From the NCBI GenBank assembly GCA_902385155.1, contig CABMEP010000051.1, positions 1-44,244 of the forward strand: a stretch of DNA of 44,244 nucleotides. Reading direction: 5' to 3'. This document shows, piece by piece, positions 1-8,437 of the stretch. This DNA comes from an uncultured archaeon. GTDB lineage: Archaea; Micrarchaeota; Micrarchaeia; CABMEP01. The notes beneath the pieces were generated by a model. That model searched no databases. It was not told the DNA's origin and was given only the letters and a program-made list of their open reading frames with translations. Position 1 is the stretch's first letter, and each line of letters begins with the position of its first letter. The position numbers were made by a program, and so were the translations under genes.

Positions 1-348
1 ATCGGGTTCAGCGCGGCATTCGGCGCGCCGTTCCTGTACACGGTGTCGATCAAGCTGATCGACCTGTTCTCGAAGATGTGGGCGTTCCAGCCGTACTCCG
101 GGGCCACGACGCAGTTCGTGCAGCTCAAGCCCGTGTCGCCGGGCCTGACGACCGCGGAGTTCTCGCTGTTCGCCCTCTCCCTCGTGATAGTGACCGGATT
201 CATAGCATCCATGATCATCGCGGTGATCCAGACCGGAAGGAAGTCGAACTTCATCAAGTACATACTCCCGTTCCTCGCGGCGTCGCTGTTCGTCTTCTAT
301 GCCGGGCGCCTCGTGATCGACAGCCTCTTCGGCAGCGTGTCCCTCTGA
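1..348 (+). CDS. membrane protein, 5'-truncated by window edge
   Basis: Frame 1 is open from nt 1 (IGFSAAFGAPFLYTVSIKLIDLF...) to TGA 346-348. Hydrophobic helices are present (LFALSLVIVTGFIASMIIAVI, ILPFLAASLFVFYAG). No family recognised. Confidence 0.5.
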   Translation: MGFSAAFGAPFLYTVSIKLIDLFSKMWAFQPYSGATTQFVQLKPVSPGLTTAEFSLFALSLVIVTGFIASMIIAVIQTGRKSNFIKYILPFLAASLFVFYAGRLVIDSLFGSVSL

Positions 349-401
349 TGGCTCTGACAGTAGAGCAGAATCTTGTTGGCTTCTATTCTATCAAAAAAGA
401 G

Positions 402-980
402 TCACTGTTGGTCCTGTTTCTGGGTTTCTGAAGGCGCGGCCTCAGTCGCAATAGACGTTTCCTGATTGGCGTTGCCGCCGACCGGGATCTCGCCGAAATA
501 GTTCCTGAACTTCTGGGTGAGCTTGAGCACCTTGGAGTGGCCCTTGATCTCGGTGTGGAGGTATCCCTTCTGCACCAGCTCCGGCACGGCGTCGTAGACG
601 ATCGCGCCGAGCATCCTCGACACTTTCGACTGCAGTATCCCGTCGCGCTGGGCGACGATGGCGAGCACGCGCAGGGCGCGCTTGCTGAGCTCCGTCTCCT
701 GGACGAACGAGCTGACGGTGTCCGTGCGTTCCGGCTTCAGCCTCATGAGGAAGCTCTTGTCCACGCGGATGAACTCTATCCAGCTCCCGCGCTGGGAGTA
801 GATTTCCTGGAGGTTCTTGATTGCGAGCTTTATCGACGCGGCGTCGGCGCCTGTCGCCTTCTCGAGCTCGATGATGGACATCGACTTGGAGGACATGAAT
901 AATACTGCTTCTATTTTCTGCTCGAGGTCCTTCTGCTCTGGGGCGAGCGTGAGCTGGTCACTCTCGGTCATCTTCCTCAC
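402..980 (-). CDS. scpB: segregation and condensation protein B (ScpB)
   Basis: ScpB-like tandem winged-helix pattern: IEAVLFMSSKSMSIIELEKATG... and ELSKRALRVLAIVAQRDGILQSKVSRMLG...LVQKGYL. The start overlaps the scpA 3' end by 23 nt (958-980). Confidence 0.85.
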   Translation of the reverse strand: MRKMTESDQLTLAPEQKDLEQKIEAVLFMSSKSMSIIELEKATGADAASIKLAIKNLQEIYSQRGSWIEFIRVDKSFLMRLKPERTDTVSSFVQETELSKRALRVLAIVAQRDGILQSKVSRMLGAIVYDAVPELVQKGYLHTEIKGHSKVLKLTQKFRNYFGEIPVGGNANQETSIATEAAPSETQKQDQQ

Positions 981-1203
981 CCTGCTTCATCTCGGCCGCG
1001 CTGAGCCTGTGGATCAGTATCTCCGAGAAGATGTCGTCCTGCATTATGGAGATCTTGCCTTCCTGGCAGAGATGCAGCAACGGCAGCAGGGTGAGCACCA
1101 GGCTCCTCGCGCCAGCGCGCTTCATCTCGGACAATAAGTATGAGAATGTCAGCCAGCCTTCCTTGTCGGAGAGGTTGGTGATCTGCGATAATACTTCTTT
1201 CAT
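958..1203 (-). CDS. scpA: ScpA (kleisin) C-terminal winged-helix part, downstream of an in-frame TAA
   Basis: GWLTFSYLLSEMKRAGARSLVLTLLPLLHLCQEGKISIMQDDIFSEILI resembles the ScpA C-terminal WHD. It is in the same frame as ORF 1237..1749 and separated from it only by TAA 1237-1239 plus 11 sense codons. Confidence 0.75.
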   Translation of the reverse strand: MKEVLSQITNLSDKEGWLTFSYLLSEMKRAGARSLVLTLLPLLHLCQEGKISIMQDDIFSEILIHRLSAAEMKQGEEDDRE

Positions 1204-1236
1204 CTCCTTCTCTATATCGTATTCCGGGAGCTTGAA

Positions 1237-1749
1237 TTAAAACATCTTCGGGATGGCGACGCGCTTTACCTCGCGCTTGGTCTCGATCGTGATGGCCTCG
1301 TCCAATGCGACGAGCAAGTCGCTGAGGGTGACTGCCCGTTTTGGCTGCATCCTCATCTTCAGCTGGAGGAGCTGCATCTCGGCGGACTCGCCCGGCATGC
1401 CCTCAAAGACAGTGACGTCTTCATGCGCAGGCTCGGGCTCCTCAAACCTGAAAGACTGAGCCTTGAACCTGAGAAGTATCGATGCCGCGAGTATTACATT
1501 GGCAGGCACGTGGAGGTCCTGGATCTTCATCTTCCTGACCTTGTCTATGTAGCTGTTGGTGATCACGCCGATGTCGATGTTCCACGGGTCCATGCTGTTG
1601 GCTGTGACGATATCGAGCAGCAGCTCGCGCCAAGTCGCCTTGTTGACAAGCTGCTCTATCTGGTCAATGGAAGAGACGTCTACCTGGACATCTGCCTGAG
1701 CATGGCTGATGCCGCCCTCTAGGTCCTCTCTCACTTGCTCTGCCTGCAT
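1237..1749 (-). CDS. scpA: ScpA (kleisin) N-terminal part, ending at an in-frame TAA
   Basis: LLLDIVTANSMDPWNIDIGVITNSYIDKVRKMKIQDLHVPANVILAASILLRFKAQ is a typical ScpA N-terminal domain. At 170 aa it is too short for a full ScpA, and it lies next to scpB. Confidence 0.8.
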   Translation of the reverse strand: MQAEQVREDLEGGISHAQADVQVDVSSIDQIEQLVNKATWRELLLDIVTANSMDPWNIDIGVITNSYIDKVRKMKIQDLHVPANVILAASILLRFKAQSFRFEEPEPAHEDVTVFEGMPGESAEMQLLQLKMRMQPKRAVTLSDLLVALDEAITIETKREVKRVAIPKMF

Positions 1750-1874
1750 GCCATCACTTGGTCGTGTGTTGTCTGTTGCTTATTTGGTCGCTTTCCGCAC
1801 TGTCCTTAGGATACGATTCGGGTTTAAATATCTATCTTTTCCACGTCGGAAAAAGGCTGGAATAAGAAGAGCGA

Positions 1875-2897
1875 TTATTTCAGGTCCGAGTCCTTGCCCG
1901 ACACTGCCAAATAAGCGAGCAGGGCCTCCAGCTGGATGCGCTCGCTCGCGCCCTCCACCATCCTGAACTCGTACTCGCCGATCCTGTCGACAAGGCGGAC
2001 CTTGTCGCGCATGGACAGCTTGTCCCTGCCTATGATGTCCTTGTGGACGGCGAGGAGTATGTCCTGGCCGCTGATGCCGTGGTCTATGAGCAGCTCGTCC
2101 AGCATCTTCCTGGCGTCCATGAACTTGCCCGCGAGCGCCTGATCCACCATCTTGCTGACCTCGATGGGCTTGGCCATGGAGACGATCTTGTAGACCGTGT
2201 CCTCCGTGATCTTCTTGGACGTCAACGACGCTGACTGCAGCGTGTTGATCGCCTTCCTCATGTCCCCTTCCGAAGTCTCTATGAGGGCGTCGCACGCCTT
2301 GCCTTCAACCGTGAGGCCTTCCGCCTTGGCGATCCTGTCCAGGGCCGTCTTGACCTCTTCCTTGGTGAGCGGCTTGAACCTGAATAATGCGCACCTGCTC
2401 TGTATCGGCTCGATTATCTTGCCGGACCAGTTGCAGCTGAGTATGAAACGCGTGCTGGACGAATACATCTCCATCGTCCTGCGGAGGGCCTGCTGCGCCT
2501 CCGGAGTCAGCGCGTCCGCCTCGTCCAGGAATATGATCTTGAACGGCGCGCCGGTCACCGGCGCTGCGCGGGCGAAGTCCTTGATCTTGCCCCTCACGGT
2601 GTCGATGCCGCGCTCGTCGCTCGCGTTGAGCTCGAGTATGTTGTGCTTGTAGTCCTCGCCGTATATGTCGCGCGCGAGGGATATCGCAGCCGTCGTCTTT
2701 CCTGTGCCGGCCGGTCCTGCGAAGAGAAGGTGCGGCATGTTGTACGTCTTCGCGTACTCCGACAGCCTGATGACCACCTCCGGCTGGCCTATGATGTCCT
2801 TGACGGATTTCGGCCTGTAGAGCTCGACCCAGGGAGTGAATTTGCTGTGAGAAACCATAACATGACCTGATGCCGGCAGTTTCCTGCCTGAGGACAA
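1875..2897 (-). CDS. rfcS: replication factor C small subunit
   Basis: PWVELYRP, Walker A GPAGTGKTT, Walker B IIFLDEADALT and the SRC motif QSRCALFRF. An alternative start is M14 (2858). Confidence 0.95.
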   Translation of the reverse strand: MSSGRKLPASGHVMVSHSKFTPWVELYRPKSVKDIIGQPEVVIRLSEYAKTYNMPHLLFAGPAGTGKTTAAISLARDIYGEDYKHNILELNASDERGIDTVRGKIKDFARAAPVTGAPFKIIFLDEADALTPEAQQALRRTMEMYSSSTRFILSCNWSGKIIEPIQSRCALFRFKPLTKEEVKTALDRIAKAEGLTVEGKACDALIETSEGDMRKAINTLQSASLTSKKITEDTVYKIVSMAKPIEVSKMVDQALAGKFMDARKMLDELLIDHGISGQDILLAVHKDIIGRDKLSMRDKVRLVDRIGEYEFRMVEGASERIQLEALLAYLAVSGKDSDLK

Positions 2898-2933
2898 TAG
2901 CGAGGTTTCAGGTTTAAAAACTGTTGGTGAGAT

Positions 2934-3266
2934 ATGGATACGATAATCATGAGATTCATCCTTCTAGGATTGAACGTGATAGTGCTGGTGCTGCTGGGCG
3001 CCTACCTGCTGGACTTCATGGGGATAAGCGCCCTCGGGATGAACACCCTGGGCGCGCTGTTCCTCGCGTCGGTGGCCGGGCTGCTGGTAGTTGACCAGAT
3101 GGTGGAGAAGCTGCAGATGACCAACCCATGGATGTATCTCGTTCCGGGAATCGTCGCAGTGGTCGCTCCGGTCATAATCGTGAGGCAGGTCTCTGTCATC
3201 ACGCTGCTCGGAGTGCTCTTCACCGTCCCGGGAATAGTGCTTTTCGTAAGGAAGACCATCAAATGA
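2934..3266 (+). CDS. small integral membrane protein
   Basis: 110 aa, almost entirely hydrophobic helices. A TTTAAAAA box lies at 2913-2920, so the true start may be ATG 2949 (MRFILLG). Confidence 0.5.
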   Translation: MDTIIMRFILLGLNVIVLVLLGAYLLDFMGISALGMNTLGALFLASVAGLLVVDQMVEKLQMTNPWMYLVPGIVAVVAPVIIVRQVSVITLLGVLFTVPGIVLFVRKTIK

Positions 3267-3267
3267 A

Positions 3268-6200
3268 GTGAACCAACACGCGTCGCCGGATAATGACGCG
3301 CTCGTTATGGTGCGGTATATGGAATCAGATCCCGAAGTGAAGATACTGGAGTTCTGGGAGAAGAACAAGATACAGCAGAAGGCCTACAAGATGAGAGCCA
3401 ACGGGCCGAAGTTCTACATGTGCGACGGACCGCCGTTCGCGACGGGCGGGATCCACGTGGGCACCGCCTGGAACAAGTCCCTCAAGGACGCGGTCTGCAA
3501 GTACAAGATGCTCCAGGGGCACAGCGTCCACATCAGGGCAGGATACGACACCCACGGCCTCCCGATAGAGACGCAGGTGGAGAAGGACCTCGGCGTGAAG
3601 GAGAAGAAGGACATCGAGAACAAGATCGGGATAGAGAAGTTCACCAAGCGCTGCAGGGAGCTCTGCGAGAAGTACATCAAGCTCATGAGCACGCAGTTCA
3701 TCCGCCTCGGGACGTGGATGGACTACGACGACCCGTACATCACTTACACCAACGACTTCATAGAGAGGTCCTGGGCCACGTTCAAGAAAGCCCACGAGAA
3801 AGGACTTCTCTACAACGACGTCTACGTCAACCCGCACTGCCCGAGATGCCAGACCACTCTCGCTAATTACGAATTGGAGTACCACGACATGGTGGACCCC
3901 GCGATATTCGTGAAGTTCAAGGTCGCGGACAAGGAGAAACTGTACCTCGTCGTCTGGACGACAACGCCATGGACGCTCGTCAGCAACGTGGCGGTCATGG
4001 CCCATCCGATCATGCGCTACGTGAAGGCGAAGGTCGGCGAGGAGGAATGGATATTCGCGAAGGAGCGCCTCGGCGCGGTACAGGACGCCGCGGGCGAGAG
4101 CCTAGTCATAGTCGAGGAATTCGCGGGCAAGGACCTCGCAAAGCACAAGTACCAGCACCCTCTCATGGAGGAGGTCAACCGCACGGCCCCGCAGACGGTC
4201 GTAATGTCCGACGAGTTCGTCACGGCGGAGGACGGAAGCGGACTCGTCCACTGCGCCCCGGGCCACGGCCCCGAGGACTACATCATAGGCAAGCGCTACG
4301 AGCTTGAGATATTCAACCCGGTGGCCCCGAATGGAAGGTATACGGAAGCGGCGGGCCAGTTCGCGGGAGAGAACGTGCTGGAAGTCAACGACAAGATCAT
4401 CAAGACACTGAAGGACAAGGGCCTCCTCATCAAGGCGGACAGGATAACACACAGCTATCCGGCGTGCTGGAGATGCAAGACAAAGCTGATCCATCTCTCA
4501 TCCAACCAGTGGTTCATCCGGATCACCAAGATCAAGGACAGGATGTCCTCCGAGGTAGCGAAGACCGTCTGGATACCGGACTTCGCCAACAAGTGGATGT
4601 CCAATTTCGTGGACAGCGCCAAGGACTGGTGCATATCCCGCCAGAGATACTGGGGGATCCCGCTGCCTATCTGGAAGTGCGAGAAGTGCGGCGAGCTCAA
4701 GGTCATAGGATCGGTGGAGGAGCTCGGCAAGAAGCTGCCGGACCTGCACAGGCCGCACATAGACGAGCTCACGTACGACTGCCCCAAGTGCCACGGCATA
4801 ATGAAGAGGGTGCCCGACGTCCTCGACGTCTGGTTCGACTCAGGCAACGCCGTCTGGGCAGGACTCAGGCCGGGCGAGGAGAAGCTCTACCCGACAGACA
4901 TGATCATAGAAGGAAAGGACCAGATCAGGGGATGGTTCTACTCGCTGCTCGGTTCGGGGGTGGTCCTGAACGACGAGATCCCCTACTCGTCGCTCCTCAT
5001 GCACGGCTATGTCGTTGACGAGAAGGGCATGGCGATGCACAAGTCCCTGGGTAATTTCGTGCCGTGGGAGGACGTGATCGCGAAGTATCCCGCCGACGCC
5101 ATCAGGCTGATGGCGCTCAGCAATGTCACCTGGGACGACCTCAGGTTCAACTGGAACGAGATGAACGAGGCCAAGAGCGAGCTCGTCACGGTCATCAACA
5201 TCGGCACCTACCTGGAGCGATTCTACGTTCCTGCCGCGAAGCAGGCGGAGTCGGTGGAGGACGAATGGCTCTCCTCCCGCCTCAACTCGCTGATAAAGAA
5301 CGCGACGGCGGACATGGACAAGGGAGAGACCTACGCCGCGCTCAGGAAGGTCAGGAAGTTCATAGTCGGCGACGTCAGCAGGTTCTACATGAAGCTCATC
5401 AAGAAGAGGACCGACATCAACGTCCTCCACGAGTCCGTGCTGAAGGCGCTCGTGCTCGCGTCGCCGTTCATACCGTTCACCACGGAAGGGCTCTACCGCA
5501 AAGTCTACGCCAAGGGCAAGGACATGCCGGAGAGCGTCTATCTCCACAGCTGGCCGAAGGCCGACGAGGGAGAGATAGACCTCCTGCTCGAGAAGCAGAT
5601 GAGCATGGCGCAGGAGATAGTCGACGCCAGCAACAGCGTCCGCGCCGAGAAGGCGGTGAAGCTCAGGTGGCCGCTCGAAGAGATAATCGTCGCCACGAAG
5701 ATGACGGAAGTGAAGGACGCGGTCCACAGGACGGACAACGTCATCAGGATGCTCGCCAACGTGAGGAAGGTGGTCACGGACTCGACGATCCAGATAGACC
5801 TCTCGGAGAAGGCGGCAAGCAAGCTCGGAGAGGATGTGGTCGCCAAGATAGACGCCGTGAGGAAGAAGAATGAGGCGGACTTCTTCAAGGGGGTCATCGT
5901 GATAGACGGCAAGGAGCACGATTACAGGGAATTCATAACGGTCGACAGGAAAGGATACTCGTGCAAGGCGATGCCATGGGGCGTCCTGCTGCTGAAGACG
6001 GAGATCAGCGAGGAGCTGAAGATGGAAGGCCTCCTCAGCGAGGTCCGCAGGCGCATACAGTCCATGAGGAAGGAGGCCGGCCTGGTGGAGAAGGACCAGA
6101 TCACAGTCCACATATCCGGAAGCAGGATCATCAAGGACATCGTGGCCAAGCACGGCGACGCCATAAAAGGCGAAGTCAACGCCAAGGAGATACTCACCGA

Positions 6201-6276
6201 GGCGGGCGGCAAGCACAAGAAGACCTGGGATGTCGACGACGAGAAGGTCACTGTCGGGATCACGCCTTTGAAGTGA
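3268..6276 (+). CDS. ileS: isoleucyl-tRNA synthetase
   Basis: HIGH-type PFATGGIHVGTAWN, KMSKS-type MHKSLGN and CP1 editing TTTPWTL. Cys pairs are CPRC, CWRC, CEKC and CPKC. The track start is GTG 3268; ATG 3307 or 3319 is more likely. Confidence 0.95.
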   Translation: MNQHASPDNDALVMVRYMESDPEVKILEFWEKNKIQQKAYKMRANGPKFYMCDGPPFATGGIHVGTAWNKSLKDAVCKYKMLQGHSVHIRAGYDTHGLPIETQVEKDLGVKEKKDIENKIGIEKFTKRCRELCEKYIKLMSTQFIRLGTWMDYDDPYITYTNDFIERSWATFKKAHEKGLLYNDVYVNPHCPRCQTTLANYELEYHDMVDPAIFVKFKVADKEKLYLVVWTTTPWTLVSNVAVMAHPIMRYVKAKVGEEEWIFAKERLGAVQDAAGESLVIVEEFAGKDLAKHKYQHPLMEEVNRTAPQTVVMSDEFVTAEDGSGLVHCAPGHGPEDYIIGKRYELEIFNPVAPNGRYTEAAGQFAGENVLEVNDKIIKTLKDKGLLIKADRITHSYPACWRCKTKLIHLSSNQWFIRITKIKDRMSSEVAKTVWIPDFANKWMSNFVDSAKDWCISRQRYWGIPLPIWKCEKCGELKVIGSVEELGKKLPDLHRPHIDELTYDCPKCHGIMKRVPDVLDVWFDSGNAVWAGLRPGEEKLYPTDMIIEGKDQIRGWFYSLLGSGVVLNDEIPYSSLLMHGYVVDEKGMAMHKSLGNFVPWEDVIAKYPADAIRLMALSNVTWDDLRFNWNEMNEAKSELVTVINIGTYLERFYVPAAKQAESVEDEWLSSRLNSLIKNATADMDKGETYAALRKVRKFIVGDVSRFYMKLIKKRTDINVLHESVLKALVLASPFIPFTTEGLYRKVYAKGKDMPESVYLHSWPKADEGEIDLLLEKQMSMAQEIVDASNSVRAEKAVKLRWPLEEIIVATKMTEVKDAVHRTDNVIRMLANVRKVVTDSTIQIDLSEKAASKLGEDVVAKIDAVRKKNEADFFKGVIVIDGKEHDYREFITVDRKGYSCKAMPWGVLLLKTEISEELKMEGLLSEVRRRIQSMRKEAGLVEKDQITVHISGSRIIKDIVAKHGDAIKGEVNAKEILTEAGGKHKKTWDVDDEKVTVGITPLK

Positions 6277-6280
6277 TGAT

Positions 6281-6589
6281 ATGGCGTTCGTGCTCGTATA
6301 CATCACGCACAAGAACAAAGCTGAGGCCAGGAAAGTGGTCTCCCGCCTCCTGAAGAGAAGGCTGGTCGCCTGCGCCAACATATTCCCCATTGAAAGCCAC
6401 TACCGGTGGAAAGGCAGGATAGAACAGGCCAAGGAGATCGTAACGGTCCTCAAGACCAAAAAGGAGAATTGGAACAAAGTGAGGGCGGAAGTGGAGAGGA
6501 TCCATCCGTACGAAGTGCCCTGCATCATGAGACTGGATGCCGAGGCGAACCCATCCTACGAATCCTGGATTAGAAAAGAAACTAGATGA
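6281..6589 (+). CDS. cutA: divalent-cation tolerance protein CutA
   Basis: 102 aa. RLVACANIFPIESHYRWKGRIE...HPYEVPCI is the CutA1 signature. Confidence 0.9.
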   Translation: MAFVLVYITHKNKAEARKVVSRLLKRRLVACANIFPIESHYRWKGRIEQAKEIVTVLKTKKENWNKVRAEVERIHPYEVPCIMRLDAEANPSYESWIRKETR

Positions 6590-6603
6590 ATATAGTTAAC
6601 AAT

Positions 6604-7329
6604 TCAAAGTAGCGTATCTTTTTGTATTCTCATTACAAAATCATATCGCTGATTGCGTTTAGAATCAATTTGAATTTCGAAGGTATAATCTTTAATCGTC
6701 TTAGCGATTTCAGATATAGCTTGAGACGCGATTGATTGTGGTTTTTGTCCTCGGCTAAATACAATTACAGCATTAGGGAGAGTTATCAGTCTTATCTCTA
6801 GCGCTTTTGATACTTCTTTAATGGTTGATTCAGACTTAACAAAAATAACATACCGATCTATATCAGTGAGCACAGTTTGGACTCCGTTTTCTAATTCTTT
6901 CTCATTCGAAGTGGTTCCCAATAAAAGATTGATATATCGAGTAAATGTTCCAGTTAAAACTAATTCTGCAACATGAAGACCAGATTTACCGAATTCACTT
7001 AGGATTACTTGTTTGAGATGATCCTGTTTCTTTCTGTTTCCTCTCTCTTCCAATCTCATTAGTGCAAATCCCATCTCAATCTGAAGGCGAATATTTCGGT
7101 TCTTAATGTATTTACGGAATAGTTCGAATTCTGGTTTTTGTCTCTCACTTTTGACAACGTTTATGGTTTCTTGATCTCCAATAAAGGCTAATTCTCCATT
7201 TTGAAATCGTTTGATTAGGTCTTTTATCTGAGTTGAACTTAAGACAGCTTCAGTAACGCCTTTAGCTACTCCTTTAGCTGCACTTTCAACTGGATCAGGT
7301 GAAAACGAGCCTTCAGAGGACATCTCCAT
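6604..7329 (-). CDS. hypothetical protein (241 aa) in AT-rich island
   Basis: Long ORF in ~33% GC DNA, Lys/Glu/Ile-rich. Its start overlaps the upstream 80-aa ORF by 17 nt. No motif recognised. Confidence 0.6.
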   Translation of the reverse strand: MEMSSEGSFSPDPVESAAKGVAKGVTEAVLSSTQIKDLIKRFQNGELAFIGDQETINVVKSERQKPEFELFRKYIKNRNIRLQIEMGFALMRLEERGNRKKQDHLKQVILSEFGKSGLHVAELVLTGTFTRYINLLLGTTSNEKELENGVQTVLTDIDRYVIFVKSESTIKEVSKALEIRLITLPNAVIVFSRGQKPQSIASQAISEIAKTIKDYTFEIQIDSKRNQRYDFVMRIQKDTLL

Positions 7330-7555
7330 ACTCCTCTAAATAAGAAGCGATACTTAGTTCATTATCATCAAGAATTAGTGTGCTTCCAGGAAGAATAAGC
7401 ATGTTTGAAATTTTAACTTCTACGTTGGCATATTTGTCCTTAACTCTGTTACCTAATGAATCAACAACATATTCGCCGTGAACACCGTAGCCCAATTGCT
7501 TAAGTAGCTCTACTTTAACGGGCTTAGGCAGACTTTTAATAGATATTTTTTCCAT
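7313..7555 (-). CDS. hypothetical small protein (80 aa) in AT-rich island
   Basis: First ORF of the overlapping pair, with the same composition as its partner. No motif recognised. Confidence 0.5.
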   Translation of the reverse strand: MEKISIKSLPKPVKVELLKQLGYGVHGEYVVDSLGNRVKDKYANVEVKISNMLILPGSTLILDDNELSIASYLEEYGDVL

Positions 7556-7613
7556 GGCTGTCGCCTAGATAACCTTACAACTGCGCCTTCCTTTTAAAGA
7601 TATCGGTTAGCAA

Positions 7614-7793
7614 TTACATCGACTTGTACTTGCTTCTCTTGTCCAGGTTGCTCCAGCAGTCCTTGCAGATGACGAGATGCTTCGTCTTCTCCGGCTTCTT
7701 GGAGGACTTGGTGCAGTTGACGCAGACATTCCTGTCGCAGAAGATGTCCTTCTCTAAGAAGTGGACTTCCTTCTTGCATCGTTCGCACATCAT
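7614..7793 (-). CDS. 59-aa zinc-ribbon protein (below the ORF-track length cutoff)
   Basis: Hand translation gives MMCERCKKEVHFLEKDIFCDRNVCVNCTKSSKKPEKTKHLVICKDCWSNLDKRSKYKSM*. It has CxxC, CxxC and CxxC pairs, an ATG start and a TAA stop. Confidence 0.55.
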   Translation of the reverse strand: MMCERCKKEVHFLEKDIFCDRNVCVNCTKSSKKPEKTKHLVICKDCWSNLDKRSKYKSM

Positions 7794-7959
7794 GAAATCA
7801 CCATAAACTGTCAGTCGCTGTCTCTGGCATAGACCAGAATAAGGATGACGCTACTAGAAGGTAGAGAAGGTATAAAAGCATATTCACGCAAGCTTATTTC
7901 ACTCATTCCTGACGCGACCAACGACAGGACCAGAACCATCACCAGCAAAGGCGACACAC

Positions 7960-8406
7960 ATGAAAGACGTATCAAATATCTCCAAGTCGTTCACCTGCGA
8001 GTGCGGAACGGTGAACAAGTTCGAGTTCGAGACTGATTTTGACGTGCATGACGTCACCATGGTGGTGCGCTGCCAGGAATGCAACCGGGAGAAGAATATC
8101 AGCATGCTCAGCTTCTTCAAGCGGAACGCCCCGGGAATGGACCAGCCGTTCAGCCCGCTCGCGAGCCCGGCCCAGCCCATGAGCCAGTCCATATTCAGCG
8201 ACGCGATCATACCGATGGGAGACATGATCGCGGGCATGGAACCGCAGCAGGAGCAGCAGGCTGCGCCGCAGGGAAGCGTCATAGACCTGCTCAGCCCACC
8301 GGTCGTGACGCAGCAGAAACCACAACAGGCCCGGGAATCCGACGAGGATGACGACCTGTCCTACGAGGAGAAGGAAGCGTTCTCCGATCTCTTCGGCAAG
8401 CTCTGA
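7960..8406 (+). CDS. zinc-ribbon protein with Q/P-rich linker and acidic C-terminus
   Basis: N-terminal CxC...CxxC (FTCECG...RCQECN) is followed by low-complexity PQQEQQAAPQ and the acidic tail ESDEDDDLSYEEKEAF. Confidence 0.6.
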   Translation: MKDVSNISKSFTCECGTVNKFEFETDFDVHDVTMVVRCQECNREKNISMLSFFKRNAPGMDQPFSPLASPAQPMSQSIFSDAIIPMGDMIAGMEPQQEQQAAPQGSVIDLLSPPVVTQQKPQQARESDEDDDLSYEEKEAFSDLFGKL

Positions 8407-8437
8407 TCCGCTCTCGTCCGCTTTTTGATCAAAAGGG

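Larger units (their letters stand above)
6595..7615. mobile_element. AT-rich ~1 kb island, putatively horizontally acquired
   Basis: Hand GC counts are 18/60 (6601-6660) and 23/60 (7021-7080), versus 37/60 in ileS (5041-5100). The island is bounded by GTTAACAATT (6595-6604) and GTTAGCAATT (7606-7615). No integrase or transposase is present. Confidence 0.4.

Noticed and set aside
4840-6390. A 516-aa ORF antisense to ileS. Similar long antisense or shadow ORFs include 3325..4005, 10195..11214, 13279..14844, 23433..24368, 29429..30763, 31303..32325, 33617..34327, 34577..35413 and 36546..37559.
   Set aside because: They lie opposite genes with strong family motifs. They are Arg/Pro/Gly/His/Leu-rich with no motifs, as expected for stop-poor antisense frames in ~60% GC DNA.
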